Position numbers and translations under genes: made by a program | Virus record (IMG/VR): IMGVR_UViG_2806310702_000001 | Direction: 5' to 3' (one strand) | DNA length: 64,000 nt | Source of the DNA: an uncultured virus (IMG/VR IMGVR_UViG_2806310702_000001) | Lineage: Duplodnaviria > Heunggongvirae > Uroviricota > Caudoviricetes | The notes under the pieces: model-generated | The model's database searches: none | What the model saw: only the letters and a program-made list of their open reading frames with translations | Told to the model about the DNA's origin: nothing | In this document: positions 1 to 10,712 of the stretch, piece by piece | How positions within the stretch are numbered: position 1 is the first letter of the stretch | Layout: each line of letters begins with the position of its first letter

Positions 1-770
1 ATAAAATAATAAAAAATTTTTTATTTATAAGTAGTATTGATTACTATTTAATATTATTTTAAAAACTATATTAAGAAGTAATAATTATTATATAGTTAAA
101 TTATTGAAAATGCAAGTATTTATTAGTACTTTTGCATTATCGTATTGCAAGTAAATGCATAATAGATAATACATCTTACATTGCTTTATTATTTACTATT
201 TTCTTATCTTTATTATTTATTATTCTTATTATTTACATTATTTTATTTATCTGTTTATATTTTCTTTATTATTCTTATTTTATCTTATTACTTATTTTAT
301 CTTCTTGTATAACTATCTTCTTGTATTATTATTCTTCTTTTTATTTATTTCTCGTTATTTATTATTATTTTATTGATATTATTTATTATCTTTTAATCTT
401 ATTCTTATTCTAATCTTAATCTTGATCTTATTATTATCTTATTATTTTAATATTACTGCTATTAATATTTATACTGCTGTTTTCTTCTTATTATATGTAT
501 ATATTTCTTCTTACTTTCTTACTGCGACTACTACTATTATTATTAATATTACATATATTTCTTACTATTTCTTATATACAACTTAATCTTACTTATACAT
601 TTAATTAATATTATATTACATTATAATATATATAATTTCTAATATCTTATTTGCATTTATCTACTAATTAATATAATAGCTTCTACATTATATATTAATC
701 TATCTACATATATATAATAGTGATCTTTTATCTACTACATTTATATATAAGATTAATCTTTAAATAATCG
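1..770. repeat. Low-complexity AT-rich tract (TTA/TTC/CTTATT-like microrepeats)
   Basis: Very few G on the + strand; degenerate short repeats; no credible ORF or RBS. Confidence 0.6.
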
Positions 771-775
771 CTTAC

Positions 776-835
776 AAAATTAAATTAAAATATTTTGAAA
801 TAAGTATTGACTTACTATATACAATATAATATAAT
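776..835 (+). promoter_or_regulatory. sigA promoter with upstream AAAATTAAATTAAA box
   Basis: Box at 776, TTGACT 807, 17 bp, TATAAT 830. Confidence 0.8.
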
Positions 836-892
836 AGTTATTGTAAGATCAAGAAACCGAGAAGTAAAATTAAATTAAAAAGGAGTGTAAAA

Positions 893-2548
893 ATGTTAAC
901 AAGACAAGAAAAAGCAAAAGCAATTAGAAAAGAATTGAAAGAAAATGGAATCAATTCAAAACAAGTAAGTGTCACATCAAAATCAGCATTATATGATGAT
1001 AGTATCAATTTAAATATAAAAGATTTAAATGTAAATTACAGTTTAGTAAACAACATAGCTAGAAAATATGAATCAATTTCTTATGATCAAGCAAATGGAG
1101 AGATACTATCAGGGGCAAACACTTACATTCATGTTAATTTTAATTATGATGCAATATTAGCACAAAGAGAAAAATATATTGCAAAAGCTGAAGAAATTAT
1201 AAAAGAAGAACAAAAATACACTGAAAACGAATCAATGACGGTATTTGAAAAAGGTGATCTTTTAATTTTATTCTATGGGAAATGGTGCAGTGGAGATTTG
1301 CCTACTATCGCATTATGTAAGAAACCTCAAGGCTGGGAAAATAAATCTTGTTATTGTTTAGATAATATAAAAAAATATGACGCACGATGCAAGGAAGGCA
1401 TCGCAGAAGCTTTATTGATGTTTAGTTGTCAATACGTAATAGACGTATTAGAAGCTAAGCCAGCAGAGCAAACAGATACCAAAATTTTTAAAAGTGAAGA
1501 ATCTAAAATAAATGAAAAAGATAATAATTTTAAAAACGAATCTACTGTAAATGCGAATACTGATATAGATGTAACTGTATCTTTTAACGAATCTAAAAAC
1601 GGAATCGAACTAAAATTTACATCTAAACCATCGCAAGAAATATTATCTCAAATTAAATTTAATGGTTTCAGATGGTCAAAATTTCAAAAAATTTGGTACG
1701 CTAAAGACACTAATGAACGTAGATTATTTTTACAACAAATAGGCTTTTTAAATTCACATATTACTGCAAATAGTACAATTACAGTTAAATCTATGCAGGA
1801 AAAAATTGATTATCCTGAAATAGATATAAATGACGTAGATACTTATACAGTTGATCCGGACTTGTCTAAGCGTGAAAATAATTCTAATTGGATTTTTAGA
1901 AGAAAAGAACGTAATCATACGGAAGAAATACAAAACTACTTACAAAATTATAATAACTTAATTATAGATGTATTAAAAACTACAGATAATAAAGAAATTA
2001 TATACAAAGCAAAATTTTATTTACAATCTTTTAAAAAGAAATATTATAAAAACTATATTCAACGACTAGAAAATAAAGCAAATAATCCAAGCTGGGCTGT
2101 GACTGGAAGAAGTGGTCGCAATATGAATAAATATGAAAAATCTATAAATAAATATAATAATCTAATAGAAGAATCTATAAAATTACAAAATACATTTGAA
2201 AACAAATTAAATAACATTAAAAGTAAAATACATAAATTAAAGCAACAGCAACTACAATATAATATAAATTCTATTACAGATGATATAATTAATAATACTA
2301 AATTTGAACGTATTAAATTAGAAATAGATCTTACTGCAATTAGCAATATATTTGCACAAAATATAGGACATATGAAAGAAATTACAGGATATAAATTTTG
2401 TAATTATATAATAATTAAAAATATGGGTTGTTGGAGGGTGTATAATAGCGTAGGAAGCGAAATATATTCAACTAAAACGACAGGTAATTTAAAAGATGCT
2501 AAACGCTATTTAATATACTATTTAAATACACAAAAGAAAATAGCTTAA
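893..2548 (+). CDS. Multi-domain phage early protein, resembles polyvalent-protein (LPD-type) modules
   Basis: 551 aa, AAGGAG RBS; motifs NGIELKFTSKPS..GFRWS..WYAK and NPSWAVTG recalled from MGE polyvalent proteins. Confidence 0.6.
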   Translation: MLTRQEKAKAIRKELKENGINSKQVSVTSKSALYDDSINLNIKDLNVNYSLVNNIARKYESISYDQANGEILSGANTYIHVNFNYDAILAQREKYIAKAEEIIKEEQKYTENESMTVFEKGDLLILFYGKWCSGDLPTIALCKKPQGWENKSCYCLDNIKKYDARCKEGIAEALLMFSCQYVIDVLEAKPAEQTDTKIFKSEESKINEKDNNFKNESTVNANTDIDVTVSFNESKNGIELKFTSKPSQEILSQIKFNGFRWSKFQKIWYAKDTNERRLFLQQIGFLNSHITANSTITVKSMQEKIDYPEIDINDVDTYTVDPDLSKRENNSNWIFRRKERNHTEEIQNYLQNYNNLIIDVLKTTDNKEIIYKAKFYLQSFKKKYYKNYIQRLENKANNPSWAVTGRSGRNMNKYEKSINKYNNLIEESIKLQNTFENKLNNIKSKIHKLKQQQLQYNINSITDDIINNTKFERIKLEIDLTAISNIFAQNIGHMKEITGYKFCNYIIIKNMGCWRVYNSVGSEIYSTKTTGNLKDAKRYLIYYLNTQKKIA

Positions 2549-2597
2549 TAATTTTATATTTAAAATATTAAAAATACATTCTATATATTCTTTTTTA

Positions 2598-2658
2598 AAA
2601 ATTAAATTAATAATCTTTAAAAAAATTGTTGACAATACAATATATAATATGATATTAT
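2598..2658 (+). promoter_or_regulatory. sigA promoter with upstream box
   Basis: Box 2598, TTGACA 2629, TGnTATTAT 2650-2658. Confidence 0.7.
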
Positions 2659-2737
2659 ATATTTGTAGTCAGAAATCAAACTTAAATAAACAATTCAATT
2701 AAAATACAACAAGCGGTATACAAAGGGGATAGATAGA

Positions 2738-2905
2738 ATGTGTAATAACTGGAGTTATAAATTTAGAGTAGCAACAAAACAAGAAGAGGTTAAAATGGCT
2801 AAAGTAATTTTAAAAACTAAAGAAGTGGTTATGATCCAAGCTTCTTTATTAAACACTTACATACAAAAGCATCATTCAGAAATTTTCACTTATCAGTTTA
2901 TTTAA
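2738..2905 (+). CDS. Small hypothetical protein (55 aa)
   Basis: AAGGGG RBS, own promoter; read by eye as MCNNWSYKF...TYQFI. Confidence 0.55.
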   Translation: MCNNWSYKFRVATKQEEVKMAKVILKTKEVVMIQASLLNTYIQKHHSEIFTYQFI

Positions 2906-2906
2906 C

Positions 2907-2967
2907 AAAATTAAATTAAATTATTTTTTTAAAAAGTGTTGACAAGATAATCTAACAGATATATAAT
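2907..2967 (+). promoter_or_regulatory. sigA promoter with upstream box
   Basis: Box 2907, TTGACA 2939, 17 bp, TATAAT 2962. Confidence 0.8.
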
Positions 2968-3010
2968 ATAATCAAAGGTTAGAAATTAAATTAAAAAGTG
3001 GATAGGTGAA

Positions 3011-3442
3011 ATGGCAAGTAAAAATATTCAGTATAAAATTACAGGAGTTCCAACAATCGAGGAAGTTAGAAAATTTAATGAGGATCCATACATATTTTTT
3101 AGATTTCAAGATCCTCATGAAAGATTGACTAAGCGTAGTTGTAGCTGGGGAATGATATTCCAATCTAAAGCTGAAGCAATTAGGGATTGTGAAAAATGGG
3201 GAATGACACCTGACGAAGCAGTTTTAAATGGTAAAAGCTGTATGGATACTTTGGAAGGATTATACAACTGGATATGTGAATTTGATGAACCTTATGTGTT
3301 GCTAGTTTTTGAAGGCAATGACACAGGTACAACAGGACACGACGGGGAATATGTAGCAACTTATCATAAAAAAGTAGCTGTTTGGAGCTACACAGACGCA
3401 TTAAATATGATATACAAATTAAGAGAAGAAGAAGAAGATTAG
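3011..3442 (+). CDS. Hypothetical phage protein
   Basis: 143 aa, AGGTGA RBS, own promoter. Confidence 0.75.
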   Translation: MASKNIQYKITGVPTIEEVRKFNEDPYIFFRFQDPHERLTKRSCSWGMIFQSKAEAIRDCEKWGMTPDEAVLNGKSCMDTLEGLYNWICEFDEPYVLLVFEGNDTGTTGHDGEYVATYHKKVAVWSYTDALNMIYKLREEEED

Positions 3443-3684
3443 TAGTTTAAATTTTAGATATTACATCTTTTAATTAAAGAATAGTATTAATTTACTATTT
3501 TTTTTTATTGCTTTTATTTATTGAGCATGATCCTGCATTAAATGTATAAAAAACGTAGCTCTTATTTAGTGTATAAGGTGCTTTAAATTATCTCTTAGAG
3601 TGTTTATACCTTAAGATCGTAAAACGCCTTATATGCTAAATTTAAAGTAAATCAATAAAATTACTCTTTTAAATAATTAATTTA

Positions 3685-3745
3685 AAAATTAAATTAAATT
3701 ATTTTCAAAAAAGTATTGACTTATGTACTTATTATATGATATTAT
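3685..3745 (+). promoter_or_regulatory. sigA promoter with upstream box
   Basis: Box 3685, TTGACT 3716, TGnTATTAT to 3745. Confidence 0.7.
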
Positions 3746-3933
3746 AAGTACATAAGATCAAGGAACAACATTTCAATTTAGTTTTCATATCAAGTTGACA
3801 GTTGCTAAGTAAAGACAAACAAAGCTATTCGTATTCAAACGAAAATTAAATTAAAAAATACACTTGACAATATGAGTCGTTTATATTATAATTAGTATTG
3901 TTAAGAGATAAAATTAAAAAGGAGTGTATTAAA

Positions 3934-5025
3934 ATGTTAAAAATATATAAAACAATTCAAGAAGCTGTAAAATATAACAAGGATACAAAGTGCTTTAACT
4001 TATATATACAAGATGCTAACATAAGAGTTGAACTTTTTGTTAACTGTTTAAAAATAACAGACCTTACAAACGCGCTTAAAAGGGGTAAAGAGTGTAAACA
4101 AATAACAGTTACATATTCAGAATTAACATCAGAAGATTTTTATATAGAATTACAAAATAAATACTTAAATCCAAGCAAAAAAGATTTGGAAGACTTAATA
4201 AATGAAATCAAAAATTTAAAAATTTTTGATTTACAAGATGTAGGATTCAATGTAGAATTAAGATTCCTAAAATCAATAGATATATTTTCACCTTTTGCAG
4301 ATATTAAGCCAATTAAACTTCCTAAAAACGGTAAATGGACTAAATCTCATGTTATCAAAGCAATTTTATCAGGTCAAATTTACGAAGGTAAGATAAACGG
4401 TATATATACGAATGACTATGCACACGATAATGCTGTACATTGTCACAAAAACGAAAACGTAGATTTAATGGGAATAGCTCAAAAATTAACAGAATCTAGT
4501 GGCGGTTGGGCTGTTAGATTTAAAGAAGAAAAAAACGATAATATAGCTTTAAATGTAGATTGCTGTACATTTAATTGTAATACATTATATTTTAATATAG
4601 ATAGCAGAAAAGATAATATAGAGTATGTAGAAAATCAAATAGAAGATATACAAGATCAAACTGCTGTTATAGATAATGTAATAACTTCAACAATAGAAAA
4701 AACAAATATAGATACTAATTCTAAAGTTGTAAATTTATTTGCTTACAAACAACAAAAACAAGAGAATAAACAACAATTATTTAAGAATTTATTATCTTGT
4801 AATAGTTTAGATCAGTTCAAAAATATTATAGAGAATTATTTAAAATATACTAAGAAAAAACATATTTATATAGAAGATAGCTTAACTAATACTAAACTAT
4901 TAGATAAATTAGAAATGTTATGCAAAGGTAACTTAGTAAAAATGATAGAATGCATAGACATTGTCGGTTACTTCATGATTAACGAAGATATTCAAGAGAA
5001 AAAATTGCATGACGACCAAAATTAA
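3934..5025 (+). CDS. Hypothetical phage protein
   Basis: ORF 3898-5025; start moved to ATG 3934, which follows AAGGAG. Confidence 0.75.
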   Translation: MLKIYKTIQEAVKYNKDTKCFNLYIQDANIRVELFVNCLKITDLTNALKRGKECKQITVTYSELTSEDFYIELQNKYLNPSKKDLEDLINEIKNLKIFDLQDVGFNVELRFLKSIDIFSPFADIKPIKLPKNGKWTKSHVIKAILSGQIYEGKINGIYTNDYAHDNAVHCHKNENVDLMGIAQKLTESSGGWAVRFKEEKNDNIALNVDCCTFNCNTLYFNIDSRKDNIEYVENQIEDIQDQTAVIDNVITSTIEKTNIDTNSKVVNLFAYKQQKQENKQQLFKNLLSCNSLDQFKNIIENYLKYTKKKHIYIEDSLTNTKLLDKLEMLCKGNLVKMIECIDIVGYFMINEDIQEKKLHDDQN

Positions 5026-5076
5026 ATTAAGAAATTTTCAAAAAGTGTTGACAATATAATTAAAATAATATATAAT
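5018..5076 (+). promoter_or_regulatory. sigA promoter with upstream box
   Basis: Box 5018, TTGACA 5048, 17 bp, TATAAT 5071. Confidence 0.8.
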
Positions 5077-5137
5077 AAATATTGTAAGGTTAAGGAAATT
5101 AAAAAAATAAAATTAAATTAAAGAGGAGAAATGAAAA

Positions 5138-5440
5138 ATGTCATTAGAAAAAATATTAGAAACTATAAAAGATTCTTATATAGGAGGTCACTTTACAATA
5201 TTGTCGCTAGACAATCAGTTGCAATGTGATGCAGAAAGATACGGACATGAAAATATATATTTCGACTCTATATACGATGGCGAAATGAGAGAAGAAGTAG
5301 AAAGCGAATCACATTGTTTTATAATCGAACGTAAGACAAATATAACTGATCAACTACTAGTTGAATATGAGATTATCGAAAAATGCGAAGATGATTTAGG
5401 TCAGACAGAAGTTAAAGTGACAGATATGAGTATAATATAA
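5138..5440 (+). CDS. Small acidic hypothetical protein
   Basis: 100 aa, GAGGAG RBS. Confidence 0.75.
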   Translation: MSLEKILETIKDSYIGGHFTILSLDNQLQCDAERYGHENIYFDSIYDGEMREEVESESHCFIIERKTNITDQLLVEYEIIEKCEDDLGQTEVKVTDMSII

Positions 5441-5482
5441 GTCGTTTGAGCGACTATAAATAGTACTTTAAGCTCAAAGCGT

Positions 5483-5505
5483 TATCCGACATCTAGTGTC
5501 GGATA
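5483..5505 (+). terminator. Stem-loop
   Basis: TATCCGACA-TCTAG-TGTCGGATA; no clear U-tail. Confidence 0.45.
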
Positions 5506-5526
5506 GGTAGTAAAATAAATTTTACA

Positions 5527-5586
5527 AAAATTAAATTAAATTATTTTTTAAAAAGTGTTGACAAGATAATTAAAATAATATATAAT
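5527..5586 (+). promoter_or_regulatory. sigA promoter with upstream box
   Basis: Box 5527, TTGACA 5558, 17 bp, TATAAT 5581. Confidence 0.8.
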
Positions 5587-5632
5587 AAATATTGTAAGGT
5601 TAAGGAAATTAACTTAAAAAGGAGAGTAGAAA

Positions 5633-6003
5633 ATGGATAGAGAATCAATTGCCAAGATAATTTAACTAGAATCATTATAGTAGATAACAAATTAGATTTA
5701 AAAGAAGGTCAAATTTACAACAATATGGGAAACATAGAAAGCTGGATGGGATCAAGTTCAACTGAAGATTTTAGGCCTGAATTAGATAATGAATATATGT
5801 ATGTATTCCATTGCGACAACGTGCCTTGTCATCAAGTCGATTATGAAGATGAGGAAGAGTGTGAAATTCTAGGAGCTACAGATTGCGAATCTGAAGGGGA
5901 ATGCCTCGTACTACCTTCAGTAAAAATGAAGATAGTTGACGTTGGTACAGATGAGGATCTAAAAGAGTTGGGATATATTCCTGTTCAACTAGAATTAGTT
6001 TAA
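5633..6003 (+). pseudogene. Acidic hypothetical protein, 5' end frameshifted or deleted
   Basis: The RBS-linked ATG at 5633 stops after 10 codons; the 5725-6003 frame stays open upstream (TRIIIVDNKLDL) without its own RBS. Confidence 0.5.
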
Positions 6004-6061
6004 AAGTCAGAATTATATGAGATCAGCTTTAGTTTGTTTTATAATAAACTCATATAATTTC

Positions 6062-6121
6062 AAAATTAAATTAATAATTTTTTAAAAAAACATTGACAGT
6101 ATTAACTAATAGATATATAAT
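6062..6121 (+). promoter_or_regulatory. sigA promoter with upstream box
   Basis: Box 6062, TTGACA 6093, 17 bp, TATAAT 6116. Confidence 0.8.
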
Positions 6122-6179
6122 ATAATTAAAGGTTAAGGAAATTAAATTAAATTAAAAAATACAAAAGGGAAAATGAAAA

Positions 6180-6434
6180 ATGAAAAATATTAAAGAAATA
6201 AAAAAGGTGTTATTAGATGATGAAAATATTGTAGATGTAGATTTAGATGAACAAAATCAATTGGTTATTACGCCTAATCTATCAAAAAGTTATTTCAATA
6301 CGTTCGAGCCGATTGAAAAATATTTAACCAGCGACCAAGGGAACATTGTACAAATTCTTGATAATCGTTTTAAAGTAGTTAATGTAGAGTGGTTTAATAC
6401 TACAATTTATCAAATAGTTTTAAAAGCAATATAG
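6180..6434 (+). CDS. Hypothetical protein
   Basis: 84 aa, AAGGGA RBS, own promoter. Confidence 0.7.
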   Translation: MKNIKEIKKVLLDDENIVDVDLDEQNQLVITPNLSKSYFNTFEPIEKYLTSDQGNIVQILDNRFKVVNVEWFNTTIYQIVLKAI

Positions 6435-6440
6435 CGTAGA

Positions 6441-6557
6441 ATGCTAAGAAGCCTAATAGCAGAAATAAAAGGGTTCAATTTTGAATTCGAGATTATAGAA
6501 GAAACAGAAGATATTTTAAATACCGTAGTAAAAGTTATAAGTATAGATATTATATAA
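6441..6557 (+). pseudogene. 3' fragment paralogous to 5138-5440
   Basis: FEFEIIEETEDILNTVVKVISIDII versus VEYEIIEKCEDDLGQTEVKVTDMSII. Confidence 0.55.
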
Positions 6558-6677
6558 TAAGAATAGTAAAACTTTTAACAGGTAGGTAATAATTATTATC
6601 TACCTTATTTTATTTTTTATACAAATTGGGATATAATTAATATAATATGTATTTATATAAAGGGAGGGGTTCGTCGT

Positions 6678-7658
6678 ATGTCGAGACAGAAAATAAATAT
6701 TTCTAAATTAACAGATACAGATATATACAAACTAGTTTTAAATCGAAAATTATATAGATTTCCTCGTAATTTTTGGGAAAAACCAGACGCTTTAAATTCT
6801 GCAAAAGAAATTACAATTTATTTAATAGAAGAAATTTTGCAATGGACAGATGAAGATATCAAAGAAAAGCTTAGCAGAGCTTTATTTTATAATTATAAGC
6901 TAGGCGGAATGATAAATGTGTTATTTGATAGCAGTCCTTATAGAACTATAAATAATGCTTATCCAAATAAATTTAAGCCTTGGGAATTAAAAAGAACTCC
7001 AGCGAAATTTTGGAACAAAGAAACTTCATACGAATTTATACGATGGTTTATTGAAGAAAAAAATAACTGGACAGATGAAGAAATAAAAAATAATTTTAGT
7101 AAAACGTTATTGATTAATATGGGTTTCGATGCTCCTATGGATCGTATAAAAGAAGATACATTTGGAATTATAAATAAACTATATCCTAATAAATTTAAGC
7201 CTTGGGAATTAAAACAAGTAGCTATAGACTATTGGGATAAAAAAACTATAAGTAATGCTATAAAGTGGCTTATAGAAGAAAAATTACATTTAGATATAGA
7301 AAAGGATAAAATCAATTTTTCAACTGAATTATTAGAAAATAATGGATTAAAAAGGTTAACAAGTTTCATGTCAAGAAAAAAGATATCTTTATATGAAATG
7401 TTTAATTATGCTTATCCAAATAAATTTAAAGAATGGGAGATAATTCGTATACACTTATGGACTAACCAAAAGAAAATAGAAGCCGTAAAATGGTTAGTAG
7501 AAGAAAAATTGCGTTTAGATCCAAAAACAGAATTAAACAAAGTGCTTACGAAACATTTTTGGGAATATGGATTAAGTGGACTCCTAACATCTTGTGGTCA
7601 ATCTTATAAAAAGGCTTTAGAATTAGCTTACGCAGATTATTATAGTCCTTACAAATAA
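6678..7658 (+). CDS. DUF4046-like tandem-repeat protein
   Basis: Repeats of YPNKFKPWELK...W...WxIEEK; GGGAGGGG RBS. Confidence 0.7.
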   Translation: MSRQKINISKLTDTDIYKLVLNRKLYRFPRNFWEKPDALNSAKEITIYLIEEILQWTDEDIKEKLSRALFYNYKLGGMINVLFDSSPYRTINNAYPNKFKPWELKRTPAKFWNKETSYEFIRWFIEEKNNWTDEEIKNNFSKTLLINMGFDAPMDRIKEDTFGIINKLYPNKFKPWELKQVAIDYWDKKTISNAIKWLIEEKLHLDIEKDKINFSTELLENNGLKRLTSFMSRKKISLYEMFNYAYPNKFKEWEIIRIHLWTNQKKIEAVKWLVEEKLRLDPKTELNKVLTKHFWEYGLSGLLTSCGQSYKKALELAYADYYSPYK

Positions 7659-7730
7659 GCACAGATTATTAATTTCTATGCTTATTATTATTTAATTCCT
7701 ATATAAAAAATATAAAATATTGATTTAAAC

Positions 7731-7788
7731 AAAATTAAATTAGAAAATATTTTATTTTTATTGACAAATGATTCTATAAGAGTATAAT
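7731..7788 (+). promoter_or_regulatory. sigA promoter with upstream box
   Basis: AAAATTAAATTAGA 7731, TTGACA 7761, TATAAT 7783. Confidence 0.7.
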
Positions 7789-7885
7789 TATAAATATAAG
7801 TAATATTTATCAAAATCTAAGAATAATATATATCATGTGCAAAAGTTAAAGTCAATAATAAAATAAAGGAGACGCTTATAAGATT

Positions 7886-8377
7886 ATGGAAAATATCAAA
7901 GTATTATATATGAATGGGGCTGTTGTAAATTATAGCTCAATCGTAGAATTTAAGAGTGATTATAATATATTAAATAGTTTGGACTATAGCAAAATAAATA
8001 AAATAATAGTTGCTCCAAGTCCAACAGGATATTATAAGTATTTAAAAATTATTTATAAAAATGCAAAAGTCGAATGGTTTAGACAAGTAGCAAAAGGCAA
8101 TAATTATAAAAAATACAATGTTGAAGATCAAGAGATAAATAATGTTTGTGTAGACAATTTAGGTAACGAAAAAAAATTAATAAACTTAGTACTAGATAAT
8201 AAAGATGTAGTAGTATACTATAAATTAAAGCAAAAAGAATTAGATACTTTAGAAAATCGAATTAAAAGTATAGGTTATTCTAAGGAAGCTATCGAAAAAT
8301 TAAAGAAAAACGTAGATGGTGCAGAAACTATAGAAGATTTTATAGATAATTTAAAATATGTAGTAGAAAATAATTAA
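7886..8377 (+). CDS. Hypothetical protein
   Basis: 163 aa, AAGGAG RBS. Confidence 0.7.
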   Translation: MENIKVLYMNGAVVNYSSIVEFKSDYNILNSLDYSKINKIIVAPSPTGYYKYLKIIYKNAKVEWFRQVAKGNNYKKYNVEDQEINNVCVDNLGNEKKLINLVLDNKDVVVYYKLKQKELDTLENRIKSIGYSKEAIEKLKKNVDGAETIEDFIDNLKYVVENN

Positions 8378-8460
8378 AAAAATATAATTAATATCTTATT
8401 CTTTTCTAATTTACATATTATAATGATTAAAATAAATTTTAAAATTAAGGAGGAAATAAA

Positions 8461-9273
8461 ATGAGTTCAATAAATGAAAAATTAAAAGATTATACAAAAG
8501 TAATACTCATGAGTCATTTTCAAGAAATTATAAGAGATAATTTAAATTTAAATAGAGGCCTAAATGGAAGTATAATAACCGAGTCCTTAATAATTAAGGC
8601 CTCTGAATTTGAGGATTTTAGACTTATAAATCTTTTAAACAAAATAAGATATATCGAAGATAAATTAACATTTTTAGAAATGGTGGAAAGAATAAAGAAT
8701 CTTATTCCAAATATGAGGTTAATACAAAGGATTGATAAGAATACTGTGGCGAGCGAAGATAGATTAAAATGTTATAAAAATTTTGGCATTATATGTTTTG
8801 AAGATAACTATTTTGCTGAATCCAAAGATGAAATTGTAGGACAATATATAAATAATTTCTCGAATAAAAATTTAATTGATGCTCTACAAGACTATATGCT
8901 TAGTTATTCTATTTTAGACAATATTTCGAATAAAAAATTAATCGATATGTGTTACCATATAATTAAAAATATAAAAAATACACAAGAAATTTTAACGAAT
9001 GATGGCTGTATATGGGCATTTGAAGAATTAATAATTAGAGATTTAACAGATGACTATAAACGAATATGTAATACTATAAACAGGCTTTTTATTGCAGAGT
9101 CTCGATTTTTTAACTCTGGCAAAAAAAATGATTTTAGTACTAAAACTGATGAAACTCTATATTTTTTAGCATCATGTAAAGCTGTACATACAAATTTTAA
9201 AATGGGATTAATAAAGAACACTGGAAGATATGAGGAAATTTTCAAAGAAGTGTTTCCAAATTTTAAATGTTAA
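8461..9273 (+). CDS. Hypothetical protein
   Basis: 270 aa, AGGAGG RBS. Confidence 0.75.
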   Translation: MSSINEKLKDYTKVILMSHFQEIIRDNLNLNRGLNGSIITESLIIKASEFEDFRLINLLNKIRYIEDKLTFLEMVERIKNLIPNMRLIQRIDKNTVASEDRLKCYKNFGIICFEDNYFAESKDEIVGQYINNFSNKNLIDALQDYMLSYSILDNISNKKLIDMCYHIIKNIKNTQEILTNDGCIWAFEELIIRDLTDDYKRICNTINRLFIAESRFFNSGKKNDFSTKTDETLYFLASCKAVHTNFKMGLIKNTGRYEEIFKEVFPNFKC

Positions 9274-9377
9274 TTTACATGACAAAGAGATAGAAAGATT
9301 AAAAGAATTTAACGATTTGGAAGAGTAAAATAATCAAAAATAAATTAAAAATAATAAAAATTTAAGGAGGTATATTT

Positions 9378-10139
9378 ATGGAAAATAAACAAATACAGAT
9401 ATTTAAAAATAACTTATTTGAAGTAGCAGTGAAATTAGATAATGAGGAAATGATTTTTGATGCTGAAAGAGTAGCAAAATGCTTGGGAATTGGCGAAAGA
9501 AAAAATGATAAGTTCTATGTTAAGTGGAAAAGAATTAATAAGTATTTAGGCAAAAATGTTTCGACACAAGTGGCGAAAGGCGATTACATCCCAGAATCAG
9601 CAGTATATAAATTAGCTTTTAAAGCTAATAATGATGTAGCTGAACAGTTTCAAGATTGGTTAGCTGTAGATGTAATTCCATCCATACGTAAGCATGGTGC
9701 ATACATGACAGAAAATGTCATAGAAGAAATATTAACCAATCCTGACACAATAATTAAATTAGCAACTACCTTAAAAGAAGAAAAACAGAAAAGAAAACTA
9801 GCCGAACAGCAACTTGAAGAAGCTAAACCAAAAATTAATTTTGCTGAGAAAATAGAATTTACTAAGGCAAGTATTAGCATGAAAAAATTCGCTGACCTAA
9901 TGAATATCAAGAATTTTGGAAGAAATAAATTGTTGCAATGGTTGAGAAATAAAGAATATTTAAATAAAAGTAATCAACCTTATAGACAATACATAGAACG
10001 AGATTTATTTGAAATAAAAGAAAGAGTAGTTGATTTAGGATTTAAAGGAGAAAAAATTCAAACTACTACATATGTAACAGGAAAAGGACAAACATATTTA
10101 TATAATAAAATTATGCAAGATATAAACATAAGAGCTTAA
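9378..10139 (+). CDS. Phage antirepressor (Bro-N + KilAC/ANT)
   Basis: FQDWLAVDVIPSIRKHGAY, NPDTIIKLA, GRNKLLQWLR, TYVTGKGQ. Confidence 0.9.
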   Translation: MENKQIQIFKNNLFEVAVKLDNEEMIFDAERVAKCLGIGERKNDKFYVKWKRINKYLGKNVSTQVAKGDYIPESAVYKLAFKANNDVAEQFQDWLAVDVIPSIRKHGAYMTENVIEEILTNPDTIIKLATTLKEEKQKRKLAEQQLEEAKPKINFAEKIEFTKASISMKKFADLMNIKNFGRNKLLQWLRNKEYLNKSNQPYRQYIERDLFEIKERVVDLGFKGEKIQTTTYVTGKGQTYLYNKIMQDINIRA

Positions 10140-10302
10140 TTATACATATAAGAATATAAAATTTAATTAAAAGTTATAAACATATGCATATGGACTAGAT
10201 TATACTTAGTCTAGTCCCATAAATATGAATATATGTAAATAACTACTTTTAATTAAGTAGTTATTTTTTTATTGCGTAAAAATAGACGGCAATCTAAAGA
10301 AT

Positions 10303-10512
10303 TTATTTAAGATCGTCTTCATATTCTATTAAGTCATTTATTTTACAATTAAAGAATTTACATAGAATGTTAAGATGGTCTTTTTTAATAGAAACAAAAG
10401 AATCATTGCAGTATGCAGAAATCGTAGGCTGTCTAATACCTGTGATTTTAGATAATTCTGATTGAGTAAGCCTACTCTCAGCCAATTTTATATGAAGTTT
10501 CATTTTAATCAT
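10303..10512 (-). CDS. XRE/Cro-C1 family HTH regulator
   Basis: TQSELSKITGIRQPTIS...LCKFFNC; AGGAGTGA RBS. Confidence 0.9.
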   Translation of the reverse strand: MIKMKLHIKLAESRLTQSELSKITGIRQPTISAYCNDSFVSIKKDHLNILCKFFNCKINDLIEYEDDLK

Positions 10513-10548
10513 ATATAGTTTATCACTCCTTTGAATATTATATCTACA

Positions 10549-10654
10549 ATTATACTACTTTAGTATATAGTATTCAACTTATATATTGTTTTATACGAAA
10601 ATAGTATAAAATGTTTAAAAATAGTATTGACTTTATACGAAAAACGTATATAAT
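10549..10654. promoter_or_regulatory. Divergent promoters with three TATAC-N7-GTATA operators
   Basis: Operators at 10551, 10592, 10634; leftward TTGAAT-17-TATAAT; rightward TTGACT-16-TATAAT. Confidence 0.75.
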
Positions 10655-10712
10655 TATATTTGTAAGGTAAATGAAACCAACAAATCCAAAAAATAAATAG
10701 GAGGTTTTAAAT

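Noticed and set aside
132..413. 93-aa hydrophobic ORF
   Set aside because: Product of the low-complexity T-rich tract; no RBS
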